A DNA stretch of 64,000 nucleotides from Octopus vulgaris (GCA_951406725.2 OX597821.1:65224001-65288000); one strand, 5' to 3'; counted from the stretch's first letter, positions 26,816 to 41,577 are shown. Notes: a model not told the origin generated them from the sequence alone. A program made the numbers and translations.

Positions 26816-27203
26816 CTAGAAAGATAAAAGACAGTCAAAATCGCAGTGGGATTTGAACTTAGAAGGCAAGACCCGACACAAATGCAGCAACACGTTTTCT
26901 TTCTTTTTTTTTTTTTTTTCACCAGCATTCTAACGCTGTGTCTTTCTTTCACAGGGAAGAACCAAATCCTTTAGGATTCCTGTGAGGCTTGAAAATTGCA
27001 GAACATGTTGTCATGTTTAATATACAGCTTCTTCTCGTTTTAACACTTGGCGACATATTTTAAAGCTAAAACTTTCACACGCTATCACTTCTGTTTCTAT
27101 TACGCTGATTTGAAAAATTAATAATTTAATAATTCAATCACGCAATGGTCGTTTCAATGGTGTTAAGATCGCTGTTTCCATTATCTTCATCTTACCATCT
27201 GCT

Positions 27204-27299
<96 letters not shown>

Positions 27300-27677
27300 T
27301 CGCTACATTCATTTTCATTAATGCACGCCTTCGTTATACTTATTGTCATTTATTAACGACTTCTAGAAAAGCTGTACATCACACCTTGAATGACAAATAC
27401 AATGCAATATGTTCTAAAACCTTATGGCTTTAAATTTAAACTTCTTCAGCAAACATTAATCATTGAACTTCCTAACAAAAACTTATTAAATTTAACTCGG
27501 ATCATAATTTTTCACCACCATTCTTGTGACATTTTTCTTTTAATCATTTATTTTCTTAATTTGGTGAAGGGGGGATTTGATTGCTTTGTGAATTTCAACC
27601 ATGCAACGAATCCTCACTTATCCTTTATTTTTATGACGATATATTTAGTGTTAGTTCCATGAATGTGCGTATATACA

Positions 27678-27977
27678 TTGTTTGTTTCTTCTCGACCCAT
27701 GCCTGGCTCATAAGGGCCGGTTTCCCGGTTTCCTTGGCGTATAGGTTCCCCACCTGGACGGGATGCCGGTCCGTCGCAGGTGAGCTACAAGATGCAGGAG
27801 GAAAGAGTGATAAAAAGTTGTGGTGAAAGAGTCAGAAGTTCGCCAATACTTCTGCCGAAGCCGCGTGGAGCTTAGGTGTTTCGTTCATAAACAGACACAT
27901 CACCCGGTCTGAGATTTGAACCCGCGGTCCCTCGGCCTCGAGCCCGCTGCTCTAACCACTAGGCCATGTGCCTCCAC
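27678..27977 (-). mobile_element. SINE S3 (body A, tail X), full length
   Basis: A box TGGCCTAGTGG, B box GGTTCAAATC; tail CCTGCGACGGACCGGCATCCCGTCCAGG...GAGCCAGGCATGG. Confidence 0.85.
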
Positions 27978-28001
27978 GCGTATATACAAACTTACATACA
28001 A

Positions 28002-28056
<55 letters not shown>

Positions 28057-28426
28057 TATTATATCATATTATAAAGACGGTGAACTAGCAGAATCGTTAG
28101 CACGCCGTACGAAATGCTTAGCGCCATTTAGTCTGCCGCTACGTTCTGAGTTCAAATTCCACCGAGGTTAACTTCGCCTTTCATTCGTTCGGAGTCGATA
28201 AGTTAAGTACCAGTTACGCACTGGGGTCGATATAATCGACTATCCCAACTCTGCTAAATTTCAGGCCTTGCGTCCATAGTAGAAAGGATATCACATTATA
28301 TACGTGTGTATGACAGCACGGAAGGGACAAGTTTTAACAAATGCTGTATTAGTTTAATATATTTGTAATATGCATGTGTGTGTGTGTGTACAAGTATATA
28401 TGTGCCTGCGTGTATGTAGTGTGTAT

Positions 28427-28488
<62 letters not shown>

Positions 28489-29249
28489 ATGAAGAGGGAG
28501 CGATTGAGACAATAGAGTGATGATAGACTGATAGACGAATAGATAGATATATATAACCAATATCCAATCTCTTTCGTGACGTCTTTGAAGCCATAATTGG
28601 TAGCACAGCAGATCTTAGAGCTTATGAACAATTATTCTGATGATCTCTGTTCATTTCTAGTTCTAAAGGTTTATAGAGTGTCTTGTCCATCAAAGGTAGG
28701 TCTTATGGCAATTTAGACTAAATTAATCTATACACAATTTTACATTGTGAATTAAGCCAACTAAATTTATTACACTTGGAGTAAGTGCGTAAAGAAATAT
28801 ACACAATCAATTCTGGTTTTCAATAATACAAGAATGAAAGCAGCTAACGACACGCAACCGGGCAAAGATCACAAAACGTTATTTCAACCGATGTCAATTC
28901 AAATGGTTAATTCGTACAATTGACTGTCGGGAGTATTCTTGTCAATAACATGAAAGTATTAGAGTCTTGGCCAAGGAATAACTTTTACCTTTCATCCTTT
29001 ACTTGTTTCAGTCAACAAAGCGCGGCCACGCTGGGGCACCACCTTGAAGGGTTAAGTTGAACAGAGAGACCCCGCCCCACTATTTATCTTAAAGTCGGGT
29101 AATCATTCTATCACAAACTTTTGAGGAACCAATGCGTTACGGGGACGTAAGATAACCAACACCGGTTGTCGATCGGTTGCGATGATGGGATAAACACATA
29201 CAGACACAAATACATGCATTTACACACACACACATATATACATATATAA

Positions 29250-29281
<32 letters not shown>

Positions 29282-29302
29282 TTTTCTCTCTCTCTTTCTG
29301 TG

Positions 29303-29374
<72 letters not shown>

Positions 29375-29399
29375 TTGGGTGCTTTGTGTTTGTGTCGCG

Positions 29400-29965
29400 C
29401 TCAGCAGGTACATTACTTATCGACCTCGAAAAGATAAAATGGAAAGTCCACCTTAGCGGAACTTGAGTTCAGAACGTAAGGAGTCAGAAGAATGCTGCTA
29501 ACCATTTTCTCCCACGTGCTAACGATTCTTCAAGCTCGTTGCCTTAAAAACAACAACAACAATGATAATAATGGTTTCAAATTTTGGCACAAGGCCAGCA
29601 ATTTCGCAGGAGGTGCTAAGTCGTACTCAACTGGTACTCATTTTCTCGACCTCAAAAAGATGAAAGGCAAATCAAGTGCGACGGAATTTCAGTTCGGAAA
29701 AATGCTGCTAAGCATTTAGTCCGGCTTGTTAGTGATTCAGCCAGTACCCTGCCTTTAACAATAGAAATAATAATCCTTTCTACTATAAACACCAGGCCAG
29801 ATATTTTGGGGTAGGGTGCTGGACGATTATATCGACCCCGGTACTTAAATGGTACTTGTTTCATTCGCCCCGAAAGGATTAAAGGCAAAGCTGGTCTCGG
29901 CGGAGTTTTAACTCAAACCATAAAGACAGACTAAATGCTGTTAAGAATTTTCCAAGCTCGCCAAC

Positions 29966-30021
<56 letters not shown>

Positions 30022-30214
30022 GAGGCAGCAATTTTGGGGGTGGGGATGAGCCAATTATATCGACCTCAGTGTTCAACTGGTACTTAATTTATCGACTACG
30101 AAAGGATGAAAAGTAAAGTCGACTTCGGCGGAATTTGAACTCAAGACGTAGCGACGGGCGAAGTACCGCTAAGCATTTCGTCCAGTGCGCTAACGATTCT
30201 GCTAGTTCGCCGCC

Positions 30215-30217
<3 letters not shown>
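29400..30217 (-). mobile_element. Cluster of four co-oriented S1 SINE copies separated by (TAA)/(CAA) runs
   Basis: Repeated S1 body at about 29400-29545, 29570-29750, 29770-29965 and 30020-30217. Confidence 0.75.
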
Positions 30218-30295
<78 letters not shown>

Positions 30296-30322
30296 TAACC
30301 TTACATCCAGATAATAATAATA

Positions 30323-31024
30323 ATCTGGATGTAGAGTAGAAATCAAAACATGACAGATTTGGCCAATATCTACATTGGATAATGTGCCGGTATTATAAAA
30401 TCTAAACCGCTGACAAATGGTACAAGCATCATCCTGAGGTTGTAACTGATGGAAAAAAAGTAACTATTCTTTGGGACTTCCCAATATGTACTTCCCAAAC
30501 AAGCCAGATAGTGTTGTGAAAGACAAAAGAAATAAAGTCTGAGCATACCCTGTGACCATAATATCTTGCCAAAAGAATCTGAGAAGCTCGGAAAATATAA
30601 AGATGTGCGAATCGAAATCAAGAAGATGTGGCATCTCAAGACGATTACAATACCAGTGATTGTAGGAGCACTTGGAATGATATAAAAAGGAAGTGAAAAT
30701 TATTTAAGAATGACCCTTGGCTTTACCATCCATTCACGCAGTGCAGAAGATTGTCTTAGCTGGTATGTCACACGTTTTGAGAACAGCATTGTCGCTGTGA
30801 GTTCTCTCTCTTTTTTTCCCCTTTATTTTATTCGTTTACTTTTCGACGTTTTATTTATTCGGGTTTTTTTTCTCTGCTTTTCCCTTTTTCTCTATCACAT
30901 GACTTTGTAAATTAACAATCTGGTGTGTTTGCTTTAATGGCCCGCCAATGTATACAGTACGTTTCTCTGCCCTAGGTGTCAGGAACACACTCGGCAAGAA
31001 ATAGAAACAGAATTGAAAGATGCT
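30323..31024 (+). mobile_element. 5'-truncated Dong/R4 LINE 3' end embedded in (TAA)n
   Basis: KHDRFGQYLHW...KWYKHHPEVVTDGKKVTILWDFPI...NKPD...EKLGKYKDVRIEIKKMWHLKTITIPVIVGALG; (TAA)n on both flanks. Confidence 0.9.
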
Positions 31025-31503
31025 AATAATAATAATAATAATAATAATAATGATGATGATGAGGATGATGATGATGATGATAATTCGTGTGTCAATATGT
31101 GTGTTTGCATGTAAGTATATGCGTGTATGTATGGATGCTGTATATATATATATATATATATATATATGACTGTGCATGCATATATGTATGTATGTATGTT
31201 TGTATTTATATACGCTTAAATGTATATATCTATGTACATGTATACTTCTCTCTCTCTCTTTCTCTCTCTGTATATACATATGTGCATGTCTGTGTATGCA
31301 TATGATTGTGTGTGTGTGTGCGTATCTCATGTATTGCCTGCTATCTTTACTAACATCTGGTGTTGACGTATTAACGTCAGTGATCGGCTTAGACGTTTGC
31401 TAGCTTCGTTCCTTGGCGTATTAGTTCGTTCTTCACTCTTAACGCCACCTGATCCCTATTCTCTAGCCTCCCTTAGCTGCCAATGTTACTTGCTTGTCAG
31501 AAT

Positions 31504-31566
<63 letters not shown>

Positions 31567-31918
31567 ACTCTGTCACGTGCGCATGTGCGCACTAAATATT
31601 TCCCAGATAATTATCATTTAATAAACGAACAAGACATTAATTGAAATACAAAAGTACAACGTTATTACAGACATCCATAAGGAGGCGAACTGCCTGATAG
31701 CCATAAGGCGGCGAACAGGACGAAATGCTTAGCGGTATTTCGCCCGTCGCAACGTTGTGAGTTCAATTTCCGCTAAGGTCGACTTGACCATTCGTTCGTC
31801 TTTTTGGAGTCGATAAATTATATGCCAGTAATCGACTATCCCCTTCTCCCAAATTTCGGGCCTTGTGCCAATATTAGAAAGGATTATTACAGACATCTAT
31901 CTCACTTTTCCTCTCTCC

Positions 31919-31963
<45 letters not shown>

Positions 31964-32238
31964 CGTTCTCGCAACATCTCCCGCTCTCACATTCTCTCTC
32001 TTTGTCTTTCTGTCTTTCTGGCTCTCCTCATATGGACCACTCTGTCTTTACTCTCTCCCTTTTTCACAATCTGTCTATTTATCTACTGATTTTTCTATCT
32101 ATCACTCACCTACGAATAAAATTATTTACTCATACAAACGCATTTATACAGATACATAAGTGCTCACACTCTCATACACAATCGCTTGCGTGCATACACA
32201 CTTACACACACATACGCACAAATATTTATATAACACAA

Positions 32239-32282
<44 letters not shown>

Positions 32283-32711
32283 GCAAACATATAGTTTATT
32301 TATGGATTAAGACGACTACCATTGGTTTCATGCTGAGAGAACGTTTCTCAACAATTATCAAGCCTGATACATATGACGTTGGTACTCCTCTCCATCTTGG
32401 AGAGATCTGCTCTCTGCATGAAACAAATCGCCGACCAGATATTGATTGATTTTCGTTGCTTTACTCTCTGCCTGTGTGAATAACCTTCAAATATTTTGGC
32501 TTCTCTGGGAGACCCTTTTTAAAGTAGAAGAAATAGCTAAGATTTTTGGCTGCTATTTCTAAACTTCGGTGTGTGGTGAAGCAAATCTTTGCTGAACCCT
32601 TTTATTAGTATTAATTAAGTTTGCCGTGAAATGGTCCTTTTTTCATACCGAATTCTACTTGGTGAAATTATTGATTACTTCTTAATTGATTAATTTTACC
32701 CTTATTATTAT

Positions 32712-32751
<40 letters not shown>

Positions 32752-32754
<3 letters not shown>

Positions 32755-33160
32755 CGCGGGCGTGGCAGTGTGGTAAAAAGCTTGCTTCCCAAACACATGG
32801 TTCCGGGTTCAGCCCTATTGCGTGGCACCTTGGGCAAGTGTCTGCTGATATAGCGTGGGGTCGACCAAAGCCTTGTGAGTAGATTTGGTAGACGGGAATT
32901 AAAAGAAGTCCGTCGTATATATATATATGTAAATATTTATGTTTGTATGTCTATGTTTGTCCCTCCCACCCCCACATCGTTTGACAAACGATGTTGGTGT
33001 CTTTACGTCCCCGTAACTAAGCAGTTCGGCCAAAGAGATTGATCGAATAAGTACTTGGCATACAAAGAGTAAGTCCTGGGCTGGATTTGTTCGACTAAAG
33101 GCGATGCTCCAGCATTGCTGTAGTCAAATGACTGAAACAAGTGAAAGAATAAAAGCATAA
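32752..33160 (+). mobile_element. SINE S2
   Basis: Full head, CORE-like segment, internal microsatellite and tail. Confidence 0.85.
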
Positions 33161-33226
33161 AAGAACATATATGTATATATATATACGTGTGTTTGTGTGT
33201 GTGTATACATATATATATGTATATAC

Positions 33227-33280
<54 letters not shown>

Positions 33281-33850
33281 GGATGTATGTATGAATGTAT
33301 ATACGTATTTATATACACACATATATCCTTTCCCTGTAGATGAATCCATATTTCTGACACAGATAAACATATAACACAAAATAATAACCGCATCACCTTC
33401 ATAAAAAGAGGAACTTTGAGGTTCATGATTGTTTCTAAATACGCTGCTGTTATCTCTGAGAAGCAAACCAGCCAAACTTTCGAGAGAACATAGATACCAT
33501 CTTATGTATTTCTATAATCTAAATACATTTGAAGGAACTATATCTTCATATTGAAACATAAATAATAAAATTATAGTTATCTTTTATCTTATACTTGTAT
33601 CATTCATTGGACTGCGGCCATGTAAGTTTTATCTTTTAAGTCTAGAACGAAGTATTTCGTCTAGTTTGCTGAAGCGCTAGTCTACGGCTGCTTAAACAAA
33701 CCGGGACCGGTTGCTAAACGGTGGTGTATATATAAGTGCGCGCGCAGGCGCGAGTGTGTGTGCAGACGCGCGTGTGTGCAGGCGTGCGTGTGTGTGTGCA
33801 GGCGCGCGTGTGTGTGCAGGTGCGTGGCTTAGTGGTTAGGGGACATCCGG

Positions 33851-33940
33851 CAATTAAATTGCGTCAATTTAATTGAGGGTCAGAGTTCTCCTTCAAACAT
33901 GGAGAACGTTTCACAGTGAAAAGCAACTTCACATGTGCTC
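33851..33940 (+). mobile_element. Tiny Penelope-like (Neptune-type) linker fragment with fold-back 5' junction
   Basis: With one frameshift reads CVNLIEG(S)EFSFKHGERFTVKSNFTCA; begins with hairpin CAATTAAATTG-CGT-CAATTTAATTG. Confidence 0.5.
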
Positions 33941-34186
33941 GCTGCTCTCGATATATATATACATATACATTTTGTTGGCGGCGAGCTGGGAGAAACGTTA
34001 GCACACCGGGCTAAATGCTTAGCGGTATTTCGTCTACCTTTATGTTCTGATTTCAAATTCCGCCGAGGTTGACTTTGCCTTTAATCCTGTCGGGGTCGAT
34101 AAATTAAGTGCCTATTGCGTACTGTGTGTGCTTCGACTGGACCCCCTACACCAAAATTTCGGGCGTTGTGCCTAGAGAAGAAAAGG

Positions 34187-34244
<58 letters not shown>

Positions 34245-34344
34245 ATATTAGGGAAGTTATTTCCGAGTCCACAGGGGAGAGAAATTCAATTTAGTGGTAC
34301 TAAAGTGAATTTCTCGCTGTATTATATACATATATATCTAGAGA

Positions 34345-34576
34345 TTTAAGAGACAGAACCACCTTCAAGCATGGTATTGAATTTCGAGATCTTCCATTTC
34401 AGCAATACCGATAGATATATTGTCATGAAACGCGCGTAGTCTATATGATTTAATATATGATTCAGAGTAGTAATTGTAGACATTAATTTTAATAAAATTT
34501 AATCTTATATATCTCTATCATAGATAATGTCGTTCAATATTGATTGAGCTGCTTGAAGGTGGTTCTGTGTCTTAAA
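34345..34576 (+). mobile_element. Fold-back element with 27-bp inverted arms and a hammerhead 3' half, in (TA)n
   Basis: TTTAAGAGACAGAACCACCTTCAAGCA / TGCTTGAAGGTGGTTCTGTGTCTTAAA; internal GAAA-CGCGCG-TA at 34427-34438. Confidence 0.7.
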
Positions 34577-35805
34577 CCTATATATATATATATATATATA
34601 CACACACATATGTAGGACGGGCTTCCACACATAAGTCATTGATCTACCCCGGCCTACTGTAGAATACGCAAACAAACTTATCCAAGATACTGCGCAGCGG
34701 GATTGAATGCGAAATAATGTAGCTACAATTCAGGGATTCTTAACCACACTCCCATTCCCATTGATGATTAAATAGGAATTACCACTGCCTTTGTGTGCGC
34801 GCGCATGTGAGTGAGTGTGTGTTTGTGTTTGTGTGGGTTTGCGGGTGGGTTCCGTGTGAAATTGTGACGAGGGTGTAATATGCTGATAAGACGTGAACAA
34901 CCAACAAGGAAGCGGAATTCTGCAAGGTCAGCTGCTTCTTCGGCTCGAAAGAAAGCTTTGTGTAAGCCTCCACTCACACCCCCACACAACCAACATCTCA
35001 AGCACCCCACCTCATAACCACCACCTCATAACCACCAGAACAAAACACCACCACCACCATCTCCGGCACCATCGCCAACGCCATCACCATCCCCATCAGT
35101 AAAGCTACCGCCATTGCCGCTGCTGCCGCTGACGCCAACACTATGACATCCGCCACCGCCACCACCACCATCACCATCTCTGACACCATCTCCAACACCT
35201 CCGCCACCACCACCAACTACAACACCACTGCCACCTCTACCACCACCGCACCACCACCACCTCAGTTCTACTACCACCACTGCCGCCGCCGCCACCACCG
35301 CTGCAACCGACGCCACTATCACCGCTGCCACCGCCGCCACCACAATCACATCCGCCCCACCACCACCACCATTTCTGACACCATCTCCAACACCATCTCC
35401 TCCACCACCACCACCACCGCCGCCACCACCACCGTAACAAATAAACAGTAGTCTCTTCCTACGTTTACATTAGCTAATTCGGCTCCACTTCACTTAATGC
35501 ACCACCAGCAACAACAACAATAACAACAACTACACAGCCAACCAACAACGACACCATCGTCATCGTATTTTTTTTTCTTTCTTTTGTGTTTCCATTACTT
35601 CAGCTTTTTGTTGTTGATTTTGCTTTAGCTCCCCAATCCTCCCTTATTTCCCTTTTCATTCGTTAATCCATCTCTGTCCCCTTTCTGCTTATTGTCACTC
35701 ATCTGGATCTTATAGTTTCTTACATATATTAACGAAGCGACATTCGCCGCGTGTGTTTGCACACATACAAATAAACATACATACACACATAAGCACACAT
35801 GCACG

Positions 35806-36232
35806 CAGACCGAGGAGTGGCTGTGTGGTAAGTAGCTTCCTTACCGAAATGGTTCCTTACCACAAGGTTCCGGGTTCAGTCCCACTGCGTGGAACCTTGG
35901 GCAAGTGTCTTCTACTATTGCCTCGGTCCGACCAAAGCCTTGTGAGTGGATTTAGTAGACGGAAACTGAAAGAAGCCCGTCGTATATATGCATATATACG
36001 TGTGGGTATATGTTTGTGTGTCTGTGTTTGGCCCCGCCAACATCGCTGGACATCGATGCTGGTGTGTTTACGTCCCCGTAAATTAGCGGTTCGGCAAAAG
36101 GGAACCGATAGAATAAGTACTAGGCTTACAAAGAATAAGTCCTGGGGTCGATTTGCTCAACTGAAGGCGGTGCTCCAGCATGGCCACAGTCAAATGACTG
36201 AAACAAGTAAAAGAGTAAAAGAGAAAGAGTAA
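35806..36232 (+). mobile_element. SINE S2
   Basis: Full-length family match; a convergent antisense copy lies at about 36670-37022. Confidence 0.85.
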
Positions 36233-37089
36233 AACATACACACACACATACGCACACAATCATACACACACCACACATGCACATACAAACATATACAAGC
36301 ACAGACGCTGGCATAAATTTAACCAATACAAACTGGTAACCATTCAAATATGCATAAACTGTCTTACGCACACGCAAATATCTCTGTCTATGCATAAGTA
36401 TATACATCGGGGCACTCCGTCGGTTACGACGACGAGCATTCTAGTTGATCTCTAGCATTAGGATTAGGACCGGATTTAGATCCATAGATGCCCCAAGCAC
36501 TTCAAACATTTTGGTGTCTCCATATATATGTAATTTAGAATATAGACAATAATGAACCGTAAAATATTATTTTAATTTTTCAAAGTGAAGCAAAACCAAC
36601 AAATATGGGAAATTATGTTTCTTTTTGGATACTTCCATTTCATTTATATTTGAAAAGTTTACTCCTACTCTCTTTACTCTTTAGTCGAGCAAATCGACGC
36701 CGGGACTTATTCTTTGTAAGCCCAGTACTTATTCTATCGGTCTTTTTTTGCCGAACCGCTAACTTACGGGGACGTAAACACACCAGCATCGGTTGTCAAG
36801 CAATGCTAGGGGGGCAAACACAGACACACAAACATATACACACACATTTATACATATATACATATATACGACAGGCTTCTTTCAGTTTCCGTCTACCAAA
36901 TCCACTCACAAGGCATTGGTCGGCCCGGGGCTATAGCAGAAGACACTTGCCCAAGATGCCACGCAGTGGGACTGAACCCAGAACCATGTGGCTGGTTAGC
37001 AAGCTACTTACCACACAGCCACACTGCAAAGTATTTGATCAGATCCTCATATGACACCGTGAACGCTTCGAAATAATGTATTACGATGA

Positions 37090-37630
37090 TTCACATCGGG
37101 TATCAAAACGTCGACATCATCATCACTGCTGCTCAGTACTCTGTGAACGCTGTAAAGCCTGTAAGACGTGATATGTGGTCAGCTGCAACGGAGACTACGA
37201 AAGTGCGGCCAGAAGAAAGGGACACAGAAGATGTTCCAACTGCATCCACTCGCAGGAATTCATCCCAACATTTTTTTCACAGGGACTCAGGCTCAATTCA
37301 GACGGCTGTGTGAAATATATGTTTACAGAGGGATTCTGTTCTGTGTAATTCCTATGCAAAATGCCATAAGTAGTTGTCGAAGAATATCTACGACTCCACA
37401 AGCGCAAATTTCTGGCCTCCTAATTCCTCCGATTGTAATTCTATGAATTACTAAGTGTGAGGCACAGTTGGGAAATACACCAACCGCTCCCACTGCGGCA
37501 CCAAGGCTAAGCTAGTGACTAATTTCAAAGTGTTCCAAGATATTACCAGGAATTACTGAGGAACACATGCACCAGCTTCTGGAGCCATCTTGAGGCTATG
37601 ATGGAAGCTAACGGCGGCTACTTTGAGCAA
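37090..37630 (+). pseudogene. Degenerate Tc1/mariner transposase, DD37D (maT)-like
   Basis: QRDS...LSKNIYDSTSANFWPPNSSDCNSMNY*V*GTV...EANGGYFE, similar to WPPNSPDLNPLDY..WG; many stops. Confidence 0.75.
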
Positions 37631-38118
37631 ACTGTTATTTCCCAGCCATTTTCTAGTCGATATTTTTGATTTTTTTTTTTAAATACTTTTATTTGCGGGG
37701 TAGGATATTGTGCTTTTGTTTTTTCCTTTTATTCAAACTGTCGAATCTATCCCGAACAGTACATACACAGTAAACGCTTGTACACACGCATAGAGAAATC
37801 GTGTAGTGTATGCTGACCAGCGGTGGTCATCGTACAGTCTCTTGACCTCTTAGAAATTGCAGGCAAATCTTCTGAAAATCCCACGGCAAGATCTTTAAAG
37901 AAAAAAGAAGAAATCAAAAAAATATTATACTTCCGAGTATCTTGTAGCAGGAATAGGACAGGATGGCCATGGCTAGAATGCCTTTGATCTATACATGACT
38001 GTGTTAGATTTAATCTGGAGCCAAACAACAATCGCATTATCAGTTATACGAGATATTCATTGAAAAATATGAACAAATACACACGTGCACGCACTTACAT
38101 ATTGACGTATTCGCTTGT

Positions 38119-38194
<76 letters not shown>

Positions 38195-38904
38195 GCAAAA
38201 CAATCACGCTAAGATATGCCATAGACACAGCACTATCGACTCCAATATGACCTGGACTGGATCAATGGCTTTCCAAGCGACCAAGAAAATCCCACACACG
38301 AATCAATGGAAGCCACCAAAGACAGTCGGATAAAGTAATTGATCAGTTGGTATTAACTTATACATACAACACTGCAAATTGATGTTTGTATAAGGATTTC
38401 CATTCATTTAAACACTCTTATCCTCTTTTTAGAGTCGCTGATGGTTGGCTAAGTAAATAAGGAGCTCGGTCGGTCGGTCGGTCGGTCAGTGAAGACAAAG
38501 TAATAGGGAAGAGTGTCTGTTGTTTGAGCGATACTGGCGCCGGTGGGAAGCGGCCGTCGACGTCCGTAAATATACTTAACTGTCAGCAATCCAAACCGTG
38601 AAGTGTTGCTGCTGCTGCTGCTGCTGTAGTTGTTGTTGTTGTTGTGGTGGTGGTTGCTTTTGATGCTGTTGCTGTTTTTGTTGTTGCTGCTGCTTAGCCT
38701 CAGTCAAATAATCGATGGCATCCCAGCCGTGACAATCATGTCTTTCCTATGTGCTATGAACCAAGAGATATATCAAATCCTTTCTAGTATTGGCACAAGG
38801 CCTGAAATTTGGAGGGAGGGGGTGCCAGTTGATTCGATCAACACCAGTACGCAACTGGTACTTAATTTATCAACCCCAAAAGGATGAAAGAGTATTATAT
38901 TATA

Positions 38905-39296
38905 CTAGCAGTATCGCCCGGCGTTGCTCGGGTTTGTAAGGGAAATAAATATATAAGCATTTTTAGAGAGTTATAGCCAAAAAATAGCAAAAAAATGCAT
39001 AAAAATGGAAAAAAAATGATGGTAAATTTTTTTTTAAATCGTTGACTCATCGTAGACATTTTTAGAGAGTTACTTCCCTTAATAGCGAAAAAATGCATTA
39101 AAATGGAAAAAATGATGGTAAATTATTTTTAAAATCCTAGACTCATCGTAGACGCGCGCTAATACCCAGAAGGGCTTGATATGAATCACGACTATAAGAT
39201 ACCCGCTTTTGGTTACACTGCACTGCAAAATGTGGGAGTAGTTAGGAATATAAATCGTAGGAAACAGACACACAACTTGACTTTTATATATAAAGA
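38905..39296 (-). mobile_element. Non-autonomous Helitron, shorter copy of the 9486-10121 family
   Basis: A|TCTTTATATATAAAA start; same hairpin plus CTAG|T end; another Helitron 3' end (CCCTTGCAACGTCGGG...CTAG) lies at 39304-39333. Confidence 0.9.
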
Positions 39297-39626
39297 TTAA
39301 ACACTAGCTGAATTACCCGACGTTGCAAGGGTTACTGCTGTTCTTATTCAGATCAGTAAACAATAAATATGAGGATATATTTTTTCTTATAATTATTTCA
39401 AAATATCTATATTTCATTCTTAATAGAACTTAGGACTAAAAATCTGTCCATCATGAAGCACCTCAAGGTAAACAATATTGTGTAATTTGTTGTTGGTGTT
39501 CAAATGAATAAATTGTTGCTGCTTTCAACTCGTTTGCAGCCAAAATAGAGTTAGCCGTGGCAGATGCATTTAGTAGAGAGATGAAGTCTAACTACCTTGA
39601 GGGATTCACCCTGAGATTTGTTAACT

Positions 39627-39859
39627 GAAATACCTATTTCTTTATTACCCACAAGGGGCTAAACACAGAGGGGACAAACAAGGACAAACATAGGTATTAA
39701 GTCGATTACATCGACCCCAGTGCGTAACTGGTATTTAATTTATCGACCCCGAAAGGATGAAAGGCAAAGTCGACCTCGGCGGAATTTGAACTCACAACGA
39801 AACGGCAGACGAAATACCGCTACGCATTTCGCCCAGCGTGCTAACGATTCTGCCAGCTC
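39627..39859 (-). mobile_element. SINE S1
   Basis: Near full-length; tail ends AAGAAATAGGTATTTC. Confidence 0.85.
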
Positions 39860-39944
39860 AACCAAAACTTAGTTTGACTGGAAACTGGAGTGTCTTAAAT
39901 TCAAATGGAACATCTGAAGGTATGAGAGGAAATTTTGGATTTTT

Positions 39945-40142
39945 TTCTTTTATTTGTTTCCGTCATTTGACTGCGGCCATGCTGGAGCATCGCCTTTAGT
40001 CGAGCAAATCGACACCCCAGGACTTATTCTTTGTAAGCCTAGTACTTATTCTATCGGTTCTCCTGCAGAACCGCTAAGTTACGGGGACGTAAACACACCA
40101 GCATTGGTTGTCAGCGATGTTGGGGGACAAGCACAGATACAG

Positions 40143-40232
<90 letters not shown>

Positions 40233-40396
40233 CGGGCGTCTTTCAGTTTCCGTCTACCAAATCCACTCACAAGGCTTTAGTCGGCCCGAGGCTATAGTAG
40301 AAGACACTTGCCCAAAGGTGCCACGCAGTGGGACTGAACCCAGAACCATGTGGTTGGTAAGCAAGCTACTTACCACACAGCCACTCCTGCGCCTAT
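39945..40396 (-). mobile_element. SINE S2
   Basis: Full-length with internal (CA)n(TA)n. Confidence 0.85.
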
Positions 40397-41341
40397 GACA
40401 TTTTCTTCTTTGTGACTACCTGTTATGAATGTTGCCTGTAGGACATGGGACTTCATGGAAGTAACAATTAAGCGAGTTCATGCTCCTGCATGGCCGCAGT
40501 TAAATGACTGAAACAAATGTATCAATTAATATTAGTTAACATTAAGGCGGTGAGCTGGCCGAGTTATTACCATACCGGGAAAAATGCTTAACGGCATTTC
40601 TTCTGACACTACGCTCCGAGAACGAATACTGCCCAGGTCAACATTGCCTTACATCCTTTCGGGGTCAATAAAATAAGTACCAGTCGAGCATTGGGGTCAA
40701 TGTAATCGACTTAACACTCCTCACCCCGAAATTACTGGACTTGTGTCAAAATTTATAACAAATATTAACGTGATTATACTATCGCTCGCAAACGATATTT
40801 AAAACGGAGATTAAACCAGCATAGCTATTGAGCGACAAACAATATGGCCGCTATGAAATACATCTGTCATGCTATGTCTAATCGACACAACGTACGATAC
40901 GCAACCAATTCTGTAATGTCATTGAGAAATTATATATAAAAATAGACATAGTCACGTTTCAGAAAATAGGATCCGTAAGCATTGTTAGAGCATTCTCACA
41001 CAGCACTTGTTAACCTCGAAGATTTTTATTAACCTTAAACAATATTTGTTAAATATATTCGATCATTTTTGTTAACGATAAATGACTTTGTTCAGCCTAA
41101 ATAATTCAATGCGTGTTTTGATGTATTGTTTACGCACTCAAGTTCTTGTTAATAGTGATTATCATTATTAATCTCCAGGATGTGTGTGTGTGGGGGGGTG
41201 TATGTGGGTGTCTATATGTTTATGTGTGCGTGCGCTTTATCCAAGTTGTGCGAATTCTGGTTCTAAGAAAAGAAATTCTTGACGTATTGCTCAAAGATCT
41301 GATGATGATGATGATTGATGATGATGATGATGGAGGCGAAA

Positions 41342-41577
<236 letters not shown>

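Noticed and set aside
34880-34966. Short ATG-initiated frame MLIRREQPTRKRNSARSAASSARKKAL followed by GTAAGC
   Set aside because: No recognisable homology or partner exon; expected by chance
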